Shown: in pieces, positions 51,965 to 62,758 of the stretch | How positions within the stretch are numbered: position 1 is the stretch's first letter | Layout: every line of letters starts with the position of its first letter | Source of the DNA: Eledone cirrhosa | Lineage: Eukaryota | Assembly: GCA_964016885.1 (NCBI GenBank) | Contig: OZ024741.1 | Span: 5,084,001 to 5,148,000 of the forward strand | Direction of reading: 5' to 3' | DNA: 64,000 bases | Made by a program: the position numbers and the translations under genes | Notes under the pieces: generated by a model | The model's database searches: none | What the model was told of the DNA's origin: nothing | What the model saw: the letters and a program-made list of their open reading frames with translations, nothing else

Positions 51965-54900
51965 ATTTGTGTTCGCCTACAGCGTGGTGATAATGCCACA
52001 CAAGAGCCAAGTGGAGCGGCGCAACCACCGGAGACGGTGAATCCACAGATGATTATGTAACCATACATTCGCCAATCCTCGATAAGAGTGTTTAAATATC
52101 GAACCTAAACAGTTCGAATAACGGTGAAATGGAGACTAGAACGTCATGTGACAGACTCTCACCCAACAGGTGCTCCCTGGCTCAGCAGCAGGAACCTGGC
52201 TGTCAACCAAATACTGCTGGTGTCGGAGGAAGAAGAAGAAGGAAAGGGACCAGAACCAACTGGACGAAAGAATTGAATAGAACTGTTATGCAATGTTACC
52301 TGAAAAGTAACCCCAAGGAGAGGGGCTATAGGAGACGGATGCATAACATCTGGAACGAGATTGGTCTATTTAAATTAGATGAACAAAAATTGGCCGGGCA
52401 GGCTCGGGTAATAAGAACTAATAGGTGGATAAGCGAGCTGGAACTGGAGGAACTGAGCAGAGAGATTAGCTTGGAGATGGAGGGTGGAGTATGCCAGGCA
52501 AACGAGCCAGTGGGAAATGAAGGTGAAGAGGTCGAGAGAACGGAGGAACCACCCGAAGCAGACAATGATCTGAATACTGAGATAAATAATACCTGGAACA
52601 GAGATACGGCCACTGAGGAGATGAATGCTGACGGGCTAGGACAAGATTCGGTTGACATACTAAATTTAGTGGTAGATGAATTGAACAATGATAGTGGGAG
52701 ACCTATGAACCTAAGATTTGTAGACAGGAAAAAGTTAAAAGAAACAACAGCTAAGGTAAACAAAGTCATCCCATACCTTGAGGCGAGGAGCCTTCACCAG
52801 TGCAACAATATCCTCAAAGCAACAGCAAATACGGTGAGGAAACTACTTGGTATAAAAGCGAGAGGAAACAACAGACAAGAAAGAGCAGAGCCTTGGTGGA
52901 AGAAACGACTGAGTGGTCAAATCAGGGAAATGAGAAATGACATTGGAAAGCTTGAGTCACTACTGAATGGGACACTAAAAAACATAGGCACTAAAAATAG
53001 ACTGGAAATAAAGTACAAAACTAGGAGGAAAAAGCTAAATATTATCATAGAGGAACTGAAGCAACGCATTGGAGCAAAGAGTGCAAAAATCAGGCGATAC
53101 GAGAACAGAGTCAGTCAGTATAGACAGAACCGCATGTTCGACAACAACCAGAAGATGCTGTTTGGACAGCTTGAGGGGAAAGAAAGAGGCAACGACTTGA
53201 TCCCTGAGGCGGAACAAACTAAAACATTCTGGAGAGGAATATGGGAGCAGGATGTTAGACATAATGACCAGGCAGGGTGGATTGAGACAGTACAGAGGGA
53301 GATCGGTGAGCAGGCACACCAACAAACTGATTTGAGTATCACAGTTGAAACTCTTAAGGGGCAGGCCAAAAAGCTAACCAACTGGAAATCACCAGGCCCA
53401 GATGGTGTGCAGGGGTATTGGATTAAAAATCCCTCCACCCGAAACTGACAACCATGTTCAATGACTGCTTGATGTCAGGTGAGGTACCAGAGTGGTTGAC
53501 AAAAGGTACCACAGTTCTGATAATGAAAGACCGAATCAAGGGTAATGATGTTACCAACTATAGACCTATCACATGTCTGTCCGTAATGTGGAAACTGTTG
53601 ACGAGCATTGTGTCTGAGGAAATCTACCATCACCTCCACACAAACAACTTGCTACCGGACGAACAGAAAGGATGCCGAAAGAAGTCACGTGGTACAAAGG
53701 ACCAGTTACTTATTGATAAGATGGTAATGGGGAATTGCAGGAGGAGACACACTGATCTTGCCATGGGATGGATAGACTACAGAAAGGCATTTGACATGGT
53801 GCCTCATTCTTGGATCACCAAAAGCCTGGAGATCTTCAAGGTGGCAGATAACATCAGACAGTTGTTGGGCAAGAGTATGAGGTCCTGGGAAACAGAGTTG
53901 ACATCAACTGGAGAATCCTTGGGAAGCGTGAAGATCAAGAGAGGTATCTTCCAGGGAGATAGCCTGTCCCCTCTGTTGTTTGTCCTTGCCCTGATGCCCC
54001 TGACCAGTATACTGCGAAAAATGAGAGCAGGATACAGGTTGGGAAAGGGAGGGCTTACCATCAATCACCTCCTCTTCATGGACGATCTTAAGCTCTTCGG
54101 GAAGAGTGAGAAGGAGTTGGATGTGCTTGTTGACACTGTCCGTATTTTCAGCAATGATATATGTATGCAGTTTGGTATTAGTAAGTGTGGAGTCATTGTG
54201 ATGAGGAGGGGTAGGTTGAGCAGAAGTAACGGAATCCAGATACCAACAGGTGAGATGATAAAGGAAATTGACTCTGAGGAAGGATACAAGTATTTGGGCG
54301 TTCTGGAGGCTGATGGCATAAAGAACAAAAAAATGAAGGAATTGTTAAGAACTGAATACATTCGGAGAGTAAGGAGCGTATTGAAGTCACATCTGAACAG
54401 CAGAAATGCCATAAGCGCAGTAAATTCCCGAGCTGTGTCTATTATAAGGTACAGTGCGGGAATTCTGAGATGGAATGTTGCTGAACAAAAAGAAATGGAT
54501 AGGAAGACTAGGAAGCTATTGACTATCTACAACATGTTCCACAAAAGGAGTGATGTCGATAGACTCTACCTAAGGAGATCTGAGGGTGGAAGAGGTCTTA
54601 TCAGCATAGAGGACTGTGTTCAGATGGAGAAAAACAACCTACACAAATACGTGACTGATAGTAAGGAGCCAATGCTCAGAACTGTACTGAAGGAGGGGAC
54701 AATAGGCCAGGGGATGTCCAAGGAGGAAATAACATCAAGGAGAAAGAGCAGCCTTCAGGAAAAATCCCTTCATAGTACCTTCTTTGAGAAAACTGAATTT
54801 AGAGATCCACAGACATGGAACTGGTTAAGAAGAGGAGACCTTAAAAAGGCTACAGAAGGAATGTTAATGGCTGCGCAGGAGCAGGCCCTCAAAAAGAAGT

Positions 54901-55592
54901 GGTTGAAACACCATATTTACAAGGAGGAGGCTAGCCCACTGTGCAGGATCTGAGGAGAGAGAGAGAGAGGAGACTGTGGCTCACATTGTATCCGAGTGTA
55001 AACACCTAGCCCAGACCCACTATAAGGGCTGGAGACATGATGTGATGGGCAGGGTGATCCACTGGCACCTGTGCAAAGTAAACAATTTACCACATTCTGA
55101 GAAATGGTATGATCATAAGCCAGAGGCGGTGATGGAGAACGATCAGGTGAAGGTGCTGTGGGATTTTAGGATACAGACGGACAAGAAACTGGAACACAAT
55201 AGACCTGACCTGGTGGTTGTGGACAAAGAAAAAAGATCGTGTCTGATTGTGGATGTGGCCTGCCCATTCGACACGAGAGTGCAAGAGAAGGAGAGGGAGA
55301 AAATTAACCGATACCAGGACTTAAAGTGGGTGGTAAAAAGGATTTGGAACTGCCATGAAGTCAAAGTGATCCCGATTGTCATAGGCGCACTGGGGACTAT
55401 TTCCAAAAGTTTCCAGGGATGGTTAAAGAAAATCGGCCCCTTCACGCTTTTTGGAACGCTTCAAAAGGCATGCTTGCTGGGAACAGCAAGAACCCTCCGA
55501 TACGTCCTGAATATCTGAGGCTGCAGGTAGTGGCTTGATATTCATTCCAACGGACTTTCCAGTTAACTAACATCAATGACTGAGATTCAAGG
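51965..55592 (+). mobile_element. Near full-length R4/Dong-clade non-LTR retrotransposon (copy 1), inactivated
   Basis: One ORF broken into 52129-53448, 53454-54953 and 54976-55518, with a ~75-bp 3' UTR followed by (AAT)11. The 5' boundary is approximate. Confidence 0.9.
52129..55518 (+). pseudogene. R4/Dong-type polyprotein: N-terminal domain, reverse transcriptase, CCHC knuckle and restriction-like endonuclease
   Basis: N-terminal motifs are WTKELN..VM.CY..S..GYRRRMH.IW and PWWKKRL. RT motifs are WKSPGPDG, YRPITCL, QKG, WIDYRKAFD, RGIFQGDSLSPLLF, FMDD and YKYLG. The C-terminus has CRIC..HIVSEC, RHD and RPD..D..K. There is a frameshift near 53445 and TGT>TGA plus a GA expansion at 54951-54970. 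Confidence 0.9.
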
Positions 55593-55625
55593 AATAATAA
55601 CAATAATAATAATAATAATAATAAT

Positions 55626-58600
55626 GATTTCTTTATTAACCACAAGGGTTTACATAAAGTAGACATTAAGGACAGTGCAGGACAATACAGGACGGTGAAA
55701 ATGGGCATTTATGCGTGTAAAAAACAAAAACAGAGGATGTAACAAAAAATAACAATGAAAAATTCCCCAATAGGGGGGAGACTTCGGAGAGACATTTGTG
55801 GAGAAAGCCCAGTAAAAGGCCACAATGACCCTGACCACCAAGGCAAGTGCCCCCTCCCAGTTTTCCACCTTTAATTTACAGATATATACTCAGAGTAGGC
55901 CCATTCACTCGGGCCATTCTTGCTTCTCTCACCCATCTTTCAACAAAATGCTGGGAAGAGAGCACTTCCCTCTCTACTCTGATTTTCCTTTTCAAATGAA
56001 ATTTGAAAAAATCAATCAGAGTATCACCGAAGAGGTAAGTGCTCGTCTTCAGCCCTTTCAAACGTGTCCACCATACTATATCTTTCGCCATGGCCACCAG
56101 ACAGATAAAAACTGCCTGCCCTTCCCGGCTAAAGGAGGAGGGCGGGGCAATCCTCACGATGGACTCAGATGATAGCCGGATCCGTCCTAAACGCGACAGC
56201 AGGTGTTCGACATAAACCCACAAGTCAGCAATTTTCGGACACTGGACGAGTGCGTGCAGGACGGTTTCGTCGCCCTGCGCGCATCTCGGACATGCCCGGC
56301 TGACGGCACCTCCATGCCTGTAGAGTTTATCCCGAACTGGCAAGGCTCCTCGGTAGCACTGCCAGGCCAGAGATTTCTGGAAGTTGTCCATAGGCCCTGG
56401 CCCGAAAGTTCTTCCGAAGAGATTGGCGAGTTGATTTTCGTCGACGCCTAGAGTTTCCCCAAGTACGTCGTCGCTCTTCCCCTCCACTAATCCTCTATAG
56501 AACGCCGAGGTGGAGTTTCCACCGATCACATTGCCCGATTGGTCGAGGGCTGTGAGCGCCTGAAGACATTCCAGTCTCCAGGCGCTCCCTCTCGGTCTTC
56601 GCTTGACCCAGGACTGCAGCTCCGTCAAGGAAACGAGCTGGGGAAATACGTGTCTAGCAAACGGCGACCACACCTGATCACCGTCGAGGAAGAGGTGGAG
56701 ATGTCGTAGCCTGAGCGCGTGCCTGCGCATCATCAGCCACGGCATGCCCAGCCCTCCACGTAGCGGGTGTTGACAACAGATGGACCGCCTGACCATCGGA
56801 GCGCGTCCCTTCCACAAAAAGCGAAAGAGAAAACGCTCCAGCGCAGTCAGGCGAGGCTTAGGACAAGGTACGACGGTCAGGCGGTAGCAGATGACAGACG
56901 CGTTGTACGCGTTAGCCACCTCCGCTCGACCTTTCAGGGATAGCTTCCTCTCCGCCCATTTCTGGGTGAGAGAAGCCACCCTGCTCGTCACCTCGTCCCA
57001 GTTTTTGTCCGTCTGGAGGTCTGGACCGAACCAGACACCTAGCAATTTAACCGGTCCGTCCGTCCAGCGTCCGACGACGCTGTTGTACGGCATGGATCTG
57101 CCTCTTCAGGTGCCGAGCTGCAGGCCCACTGACTTTCCCTGGTTGATCATTGCTCCTGTCACCGCTTCGTATTCTCTTAGTGTAGTGCCGATCGCCTCGA
57201 TGTGTTTGGCGTTCGACACCACTACGGTGACATCGTCCGCATATGCTGACACGGATCTTCCGCATCCTCGTTCGCGCAGGACGCCCCTCAACGTCTCCAG
57301 TTTGTGCAGTAATGGTTCGAGAGTCAATACGTACAAGAGGGACGAGAGGGGACATCCTTGGCGGACCGAGCGCATGATGTTGAACGGTTCCGACAGGTGA
57401 CCGTTCACTCTCACCACAGAGCAGATGTCGCTGTGCATGACAGCGATCCAGCCTCTGAAGACGGGCCCAAAGCCAGCCGCCCTCAGGACTGCCGCTAGGT
57501 AACGATGGTCGACACTATCGAAAGCTTTCGACTGATCTAAATTGATCAAGAACCCACCCGTGCCAGGTTCCCTAGCTACACTCTCTACGATGTATCGCAT
57601 GAGGTGGAGGTTGTCGTGGATGGATCTGTCTGCGCCTCTCCCACCAGACCACCAACGACAAGCGCCAACCTCTTTGCTAGCACCTTGGCCAAAATCTTGA
57701 ACTCTGTGTTTAGCAGAGTTATGGGCCGGAAATTATTTATGTTATCCCCCTTGTTCGGATCCTTTCTCAGCAGTGCCACCGCTCCTCGGCTCACAGAACT
57801 GGGAATTCTCCCGTTCTGTTGCCAGTTGCAGTAGACGTCCGCTAAGAGGCCTCCGAACAAGTCTGGCATCTGTACGTAAAGTTCATAGGGCAGACCATCC
57901 AAACCAGGCGATTTACCCCTTGTGCAGCCAGTCATTGCCTCCCTTACTTCAGCGGCTGTTATCGTCTTTTCGCAACACTTCGCCTCAGTGGCCGAGAGCC
58001 GCGGCAGTCCGTCGAGGTAGACACCAAAGTCCATCCTTCGACCCGGCCCACCGCTGCCCCCGAACAGCTGAGCGAAGTGTCGCTGAAAAGCTTCACACAT
58101 TTGCTCGGGATCGAGTAGCATGCGCCCGTCGTGGTCCACCAAAGACCGGTTCGTGGCTTTGTTGCCATGACGCGCCTCCGCCACTCGGGCCCATTGAACG
58201 GCTTTCGTCCCCTCGTGTCTGAGAGCACGCACCATTGTTCTGACAACGCAACCTTCGTGCTTTGCTTTGAAGAATTGGTCAAGGGCCAATTTCGCCGCAA
58301 GCACGTCGGTCGCAATGCCTTTGCTAAGCGCCTCGTCTAATTTTCTAACTATTTCTCCCTCTGCTCTATTTTTCTCTATTGCTAAAGCCTTACTAAACCT
58401 AATGGATTCTATTCTAATCGCTCTTTTCAGAGCAAACCCCCACTTGTTGTTGACGATGGCCCCCGTCAACGCCCGCTTAACTAGTTCGCTAATCCGGTCT
58501 CTGTAGGCCTTGCGCGCTGGTAAGGACGCGTTTAGCTTCCAGTAGCCGGGTCCTCGTCTATGAAGCCTATCTAAGTCAAGCACACAGATCACGAATTTGT

Positions 58601-60106
58601 GGTCCGTGTAGCTGACTATCTTGAATTGTGGACAGCCTATGCTAGACCTATCTATTTCCCTACAAAATACTCTATCTAGATATGATCTGGATGAGCCTAT
58701 GCGATTTGTCCAAAGCCACATTGGCACATTCGGGAAATCCAATCGGTACCTGTCAGAAAGTTCAAAACGCCTGAGCAGGTTGGTGAGGCTCTTGCACCCT
58801 CCACCCCCATCCGCTAATCCCACACAGTCCCAGCGTGCATCTAAGATCCCGTTCCAGTCGCCCACTAACACTAAAGAGCGGGACGTTCCAAGAAAGGTCT
58901 CCAGACGCCGGAAGAAATCAGGCCGCCCTGCTCCTGTCGGGGCATAGACGGCCACTAGCCTGAAAGCTTGCCCGTCTCCGCTGGTCACGTCCAGCACCAC
59001 CAGCTTACCCTCTGGGTCCAGGAAGATGGCCCGTATGGCGAGATCCAAACCGCTCCGAAAAAGCACAGCAACTCCTCCCCCCGATCCAGGACGGCTGGGA
59101 GATGCGTACACATCGTAGCCGCCGAAGATCGGTGCGAAGGCCCGTGCTTCGGAGATTCTGGTCTCGCTGATGGCCACTACATCTATGTTTAGTGACCTGA
59201 GGTCGTTGAGCAGGTGACCCTGCTTCCATGACGACTCCAAGCCACGCGCATTTATGCTGCCTATTCTGAGTGAAGTCATGTTTAAAATAGAGTGGAAAAG
59301 ATGGGAAAGACCACTTACCGTACTTTTCGTAGAGGAGGGATGGTTTTTACATCCCTTTTCACTTGATCGTCTGTTGAAGGGACCGTTGAATCGTCCCTTC
59401 GGCTGGTCGTCGGCTCTTCTATGAGTATGTCTGAATATACTCTTCGATTGATAGTTCCTCCTAGGTCCCTGAAATCACCAACTGCGTTGGGAATTTCGTT
59501 TTAATGTTTGTGTATTGTTTCTGTGCTATTTTTAGCAGTCTTATGTTAGTTGGCATTTTGATTGGTGCTGGTATTATGTAGTCGTGTTGTGAAATGTCTG
59601 TGTGTTCAATTATGTAAGTCATTAGTTTCTTGTTGTGTGTATTTATTGCCGTGCATTTGTTTTTCTGGGGGTGGGGTGTGGTTCTGCTATTTTCTTGTCG
59701 TTTTTGCTGGGTGTGTGTGTTTTGTTGTTATGTTTGCGATGTTGGTGCTTGTTGTGGTGGTGTTGAAGGTGTTGTTGGCGGTGGAGTTGTCGCCGGTGGT
59801 GATGGTGGTGCTAGTGTGGGTGGTGATGGTGTTGGTGGTGTTTCTGCTGTGAGTCTCTTTGCAGTAGACCTTACCCTTTTCTCATTTCTTTCCTCCCTTT
59901 TCAAAGGCGACGATGCGCTGCTTCTGCGATTGTGCCTTCTTACGACCTTTTGCCATCCCTCTCCCACCTCACACTCCATGTCTGATTCTGTGAGGTCGGG
60001 GAGGGGTACCAGCTCCACTCTTTCACTTGTTGTTGTTGGTGATGTTTGCACTGGAGTCTGCCAGCTCCACTCTTTCACTTGTTGTTGTTGTTGGTGATGT
60101 TTGCAC
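55626..60106 (-). mobile_element. Tx1/L1-clade non-LTR retrotransposon (copy A), 5'-truncated within ORF1
   Basis: ORF1 remnant (about 59300-60106; Pro/Thr/Gln-rich, GWQKVVRR), ORF2 in three pieces, and a 3' UTR ending CCCTTGTGGTTAATAAAGAAATC directly into (ATT)n. Confidence 0.88.
55876..59279 (-). pseudogene. Tx1/L1 ORF2: APE endonuclease, reverse transcriptase and C-terminal zinc-binding domain
   Basis: APE motifs are SINARGL, ISET, VAVYAP, GDWN, SYLDR and YTDHK. RT motifs are GYWKLN, KSPGLDG, FRPITLLN, LDQSKAFD, VRQGCPLS and AYADD. The C-terminus has GGLG.P and CPRC..ETVLHALVQC. Frameshifts or deletions occur near 57630 and 57100 (ORFs 57585-59279, 57106-57600, 55876-57093). Confidence 0.9.
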
Positions 60107-60883
60107 CAGACATGGAACTGGTTGAAAAGAGGAGACCTTAAAAAGGCTACAGAAGGAATGTTAATGGCTGCGCAGGAGCAGGCCCTCAAAACGAAGTGGG
60201 TGAAACACCATATTTACAAGGCGGAGGCTAGCCCACTGTGCAGGATCTGTGGAGAGAGAGAGGAGACTGTGGCTCACATTGTATCCGAGTGTAAACACCT
60301 AGTCCAGACTCACTATAAGGGCTGGAGACATGATGTGATGGGCAGGGTTATCCACTGGCACCTATGCAAAGTAAACAATTTACCACATTCTAAGAAGTGG
60401 TATGAGCATAAGCCAGAGTCGGTGATAGAAAACGATCAGGTGAAGGTGCTGTGGGATTTTAGGATACAGACGGACAAGAAACTGGAACACAATAGACCTG
60501 ACCTGGTGGTTGTGGACAAAGAAAAAAGATCGTGTCTGATTGTGGATGTGGCCTGCCCATTCGACACGAGAGTGCAAGAGAAGGAGAGGGAGAAAATTAA
60601 CCGATACCAGGACTTAAAGTGGGAGGTAAAAAGGATTTGGAACTGCCATGAAGTCAAAGTGATTCCGATTGTCATAGGCGCACTAGGGACTATCTCAAAA
60701 AGTTTCCAGGGATGGTTAAAGAAAATTGGCCCCTTCACGCTTTTTGGAACGCTTCAAAAGGCATGCTTGTTGGGAACAGCAAGAACCCTCCGATACGTCC
60801 TGAATATCTGAGGCTGCAGGTAGTGGCTTGATATTCATTTCAACAAACTTTCCAGTTAACTAACATCAATGAGAGACTCAAAG
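60107..60883 (+). mobile_element. R4/Dong copy 2, heavily 5'-truncated (knuckle and RLE only)
   Basis: It starts CAGACATGGAACTGG (equivalent to copy 1 ~54810), is open to the stop at 60811, and has the same 3' UTR followed by (AAT)-like triplets at 60884-60916. Confidence 0.92.
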
Positions 60884-60914
60884 AGTAATAACAACAATAA
60901 TAATAATAATAATA

Positions 60915-62725
60915 ATGGGATGGATAGACTACAAACAGGCATTTGACATGGTGCCTCATTCTTGGATCACCAAAAGCCTGGAGATCTTCAACGTGGCAGA
61001 TAACATCAGACAGTTGTTGGGAAAAAGTATGAAGTCCTGGGAAACAGAGTTAACATTAGCTGGAGAATCCTTGGGAAGCGTGAAGATCAAGAGAGGTATC
61101 TTCCAGGGAGATAGTCTGTCCCCTCTGTTGTTTGTCCTTGCCCTGATGCCCCTGACCAGTATACTGCGAAAAATGAGAGCAGGATACAGGTTGGGAAAGA
61201 GAGGGCTTACCATCAATCACCTCTTTTTCATGGACGATCTTAAGCTCTTCGGGAAGAGTGAGAAGGAGTTGGATGTGCTTGTTGACACTGTCCGTATTTT
61301 CAGCAATGATATATGTATGCAATTTGGTATTAGTAAGTGTGGAGTCATTGCGATGAAGAGGGGTAAGTTGAGCAGAAGTAACGGAATCCAGGTACCAACG
61401 GGTGAGATGATAAAGGAAATTGACTCTGAAGAAGGATACAAGTATTTGGGTGTTCTGGAGGCTGATGACATCAAGAACAAAAAAATGAGAACTGAATACA
61501 TTCGGAGAGTAAGGAGCGTATTAAAGTCACATCTGAACAGTAGGAATGCCATAAGTGCAGTAAATTCCCGAGCTGTGTCTATTATTAGGTACAATGCGGG
61601 AATTCTGAGATGGAATGTTGCTGAACAAAAAGAAATGGATAGGAAGACTAGGAAGCTATTGACTATCTACAACATGTTCCACAAGAGGAGTGATGTCAAT
61701 AGACTCTACTTAAGGAGATCTGAAGGTGGAAGAGGTCTTATTAGCATAGAGGACTGTGTTCAGATGGAGAAAAACAACCTACACAAATACATGACTGATA
61801 GTAAGGAGCCAATGCTCAGAACTGTACTGAAGTAGAGGACAATAGACCAGGGGATGTCCAAGGAGGAAATAACATCAAGGAGAAAGAGCAGCCTTCAGGA
61901 AAAATCCCTTCATAGTACCTTCTTTGAGAAAACTGAATTCAGAGATCCACAGACATGGAACTGGTTGAAAAGAGGAGACCTTAAAAAGGCTACAGAAGGA
62001 ATGTTAATGGCTGCGCAGGAGCAGGCCCTCAAAACGAAGTGGTTGAAACACCATATTTACAAGGAGGAGACTAGCCCACTGTGCAGGATCTGTGGAGAGA
62101 GAGAGGAGACTGTGGCTCACATTGTATCCGAGTGTAAACACCTAGCCCAGACTCACTATAAGGGCTGGAGACATGATGTGATGGGCAGGGTGATCCACTG
62201 GCACCTATGCAAAGTAAACAATTTACCACATTCTGAGAAGTGGTATGAGCATAAGCCAGAGTCGGTGATAGAAAACGATCAGGCGAAGGTGCTGTGGGAT
62301 TTTAGGATACAGACGGACAAGAAACTGGAACACAATAGACCTGACCTGGTGGTTGTGGACAAAGAAAAAAGATCGTGTCTGATTGTGGATGTGGCCTGCC
62401 CATTCGACACGAGAGTGCAAGAGAAGGAGAGGGAGAAATTTAACCGATACCAGGACTTAAAGTGGGAGGTAAAAAGGATTTGGAACTGCCATGAAGTCAA
62501 AGTGGTCCCGATTGTCATAGGCGCACTAGGTACTATCTCAAAAAGCTTCCAGGGATGGTCAAAGAAAATTGGCCCCTTCACGCTTTTTGGAACGCTTCAA
62601 AAGGCATGCTTGTTGGGAACAGCAAGAACCCTCCGATACGTCCTGAATATCTGAGGCTGCAGGTAGTGGCTTGATATTCATTTCAACAAACTTTCCAGTT
62701 AACTAACATCAATGACAGACTCAAA

Positions 62726-62726
<1 letters not shown>
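60915..62726 (+). mobile_element. R4/Dong copy 3, 5'-truncated in the RT
   Basis: It starts ATGGGATGGATAGAC (equivalent to copy 1 ~53763) directly after the (AAT)n. It has a 12-bp deletion near 61490 and a premature TAG at 61833. ORFs are 60915-61835 and 61854-62654, with an (AAT)10 tail at 62727-62756. Confidence 0.92.

Positions 62727-62756
<30 letters not shown>

Positions 62757-62758
<2 letters not shown>

Noticed and set aside
52000-52090. HDV-like ribozyme at the Dong 5' end
   Set aside because: P1/P3/P1.1 and the catalytic C could not be assigned. It is kept only as a structured-leader observation.
55825-60097. Plus-strand ORFs within Tx1A, and minus-strand ORFs within the Dong copies
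   Set aside because: These are antisense shadows of retroelement ORFs. Their recurrence simply reflects copy identity.
59728-60189. 153-aa minus ORF as an independent gene
   Set aside because: It is a chimera: the first ~28 codons are antisense Dong2 and the rest is the Tx1 ORF1 remnant.
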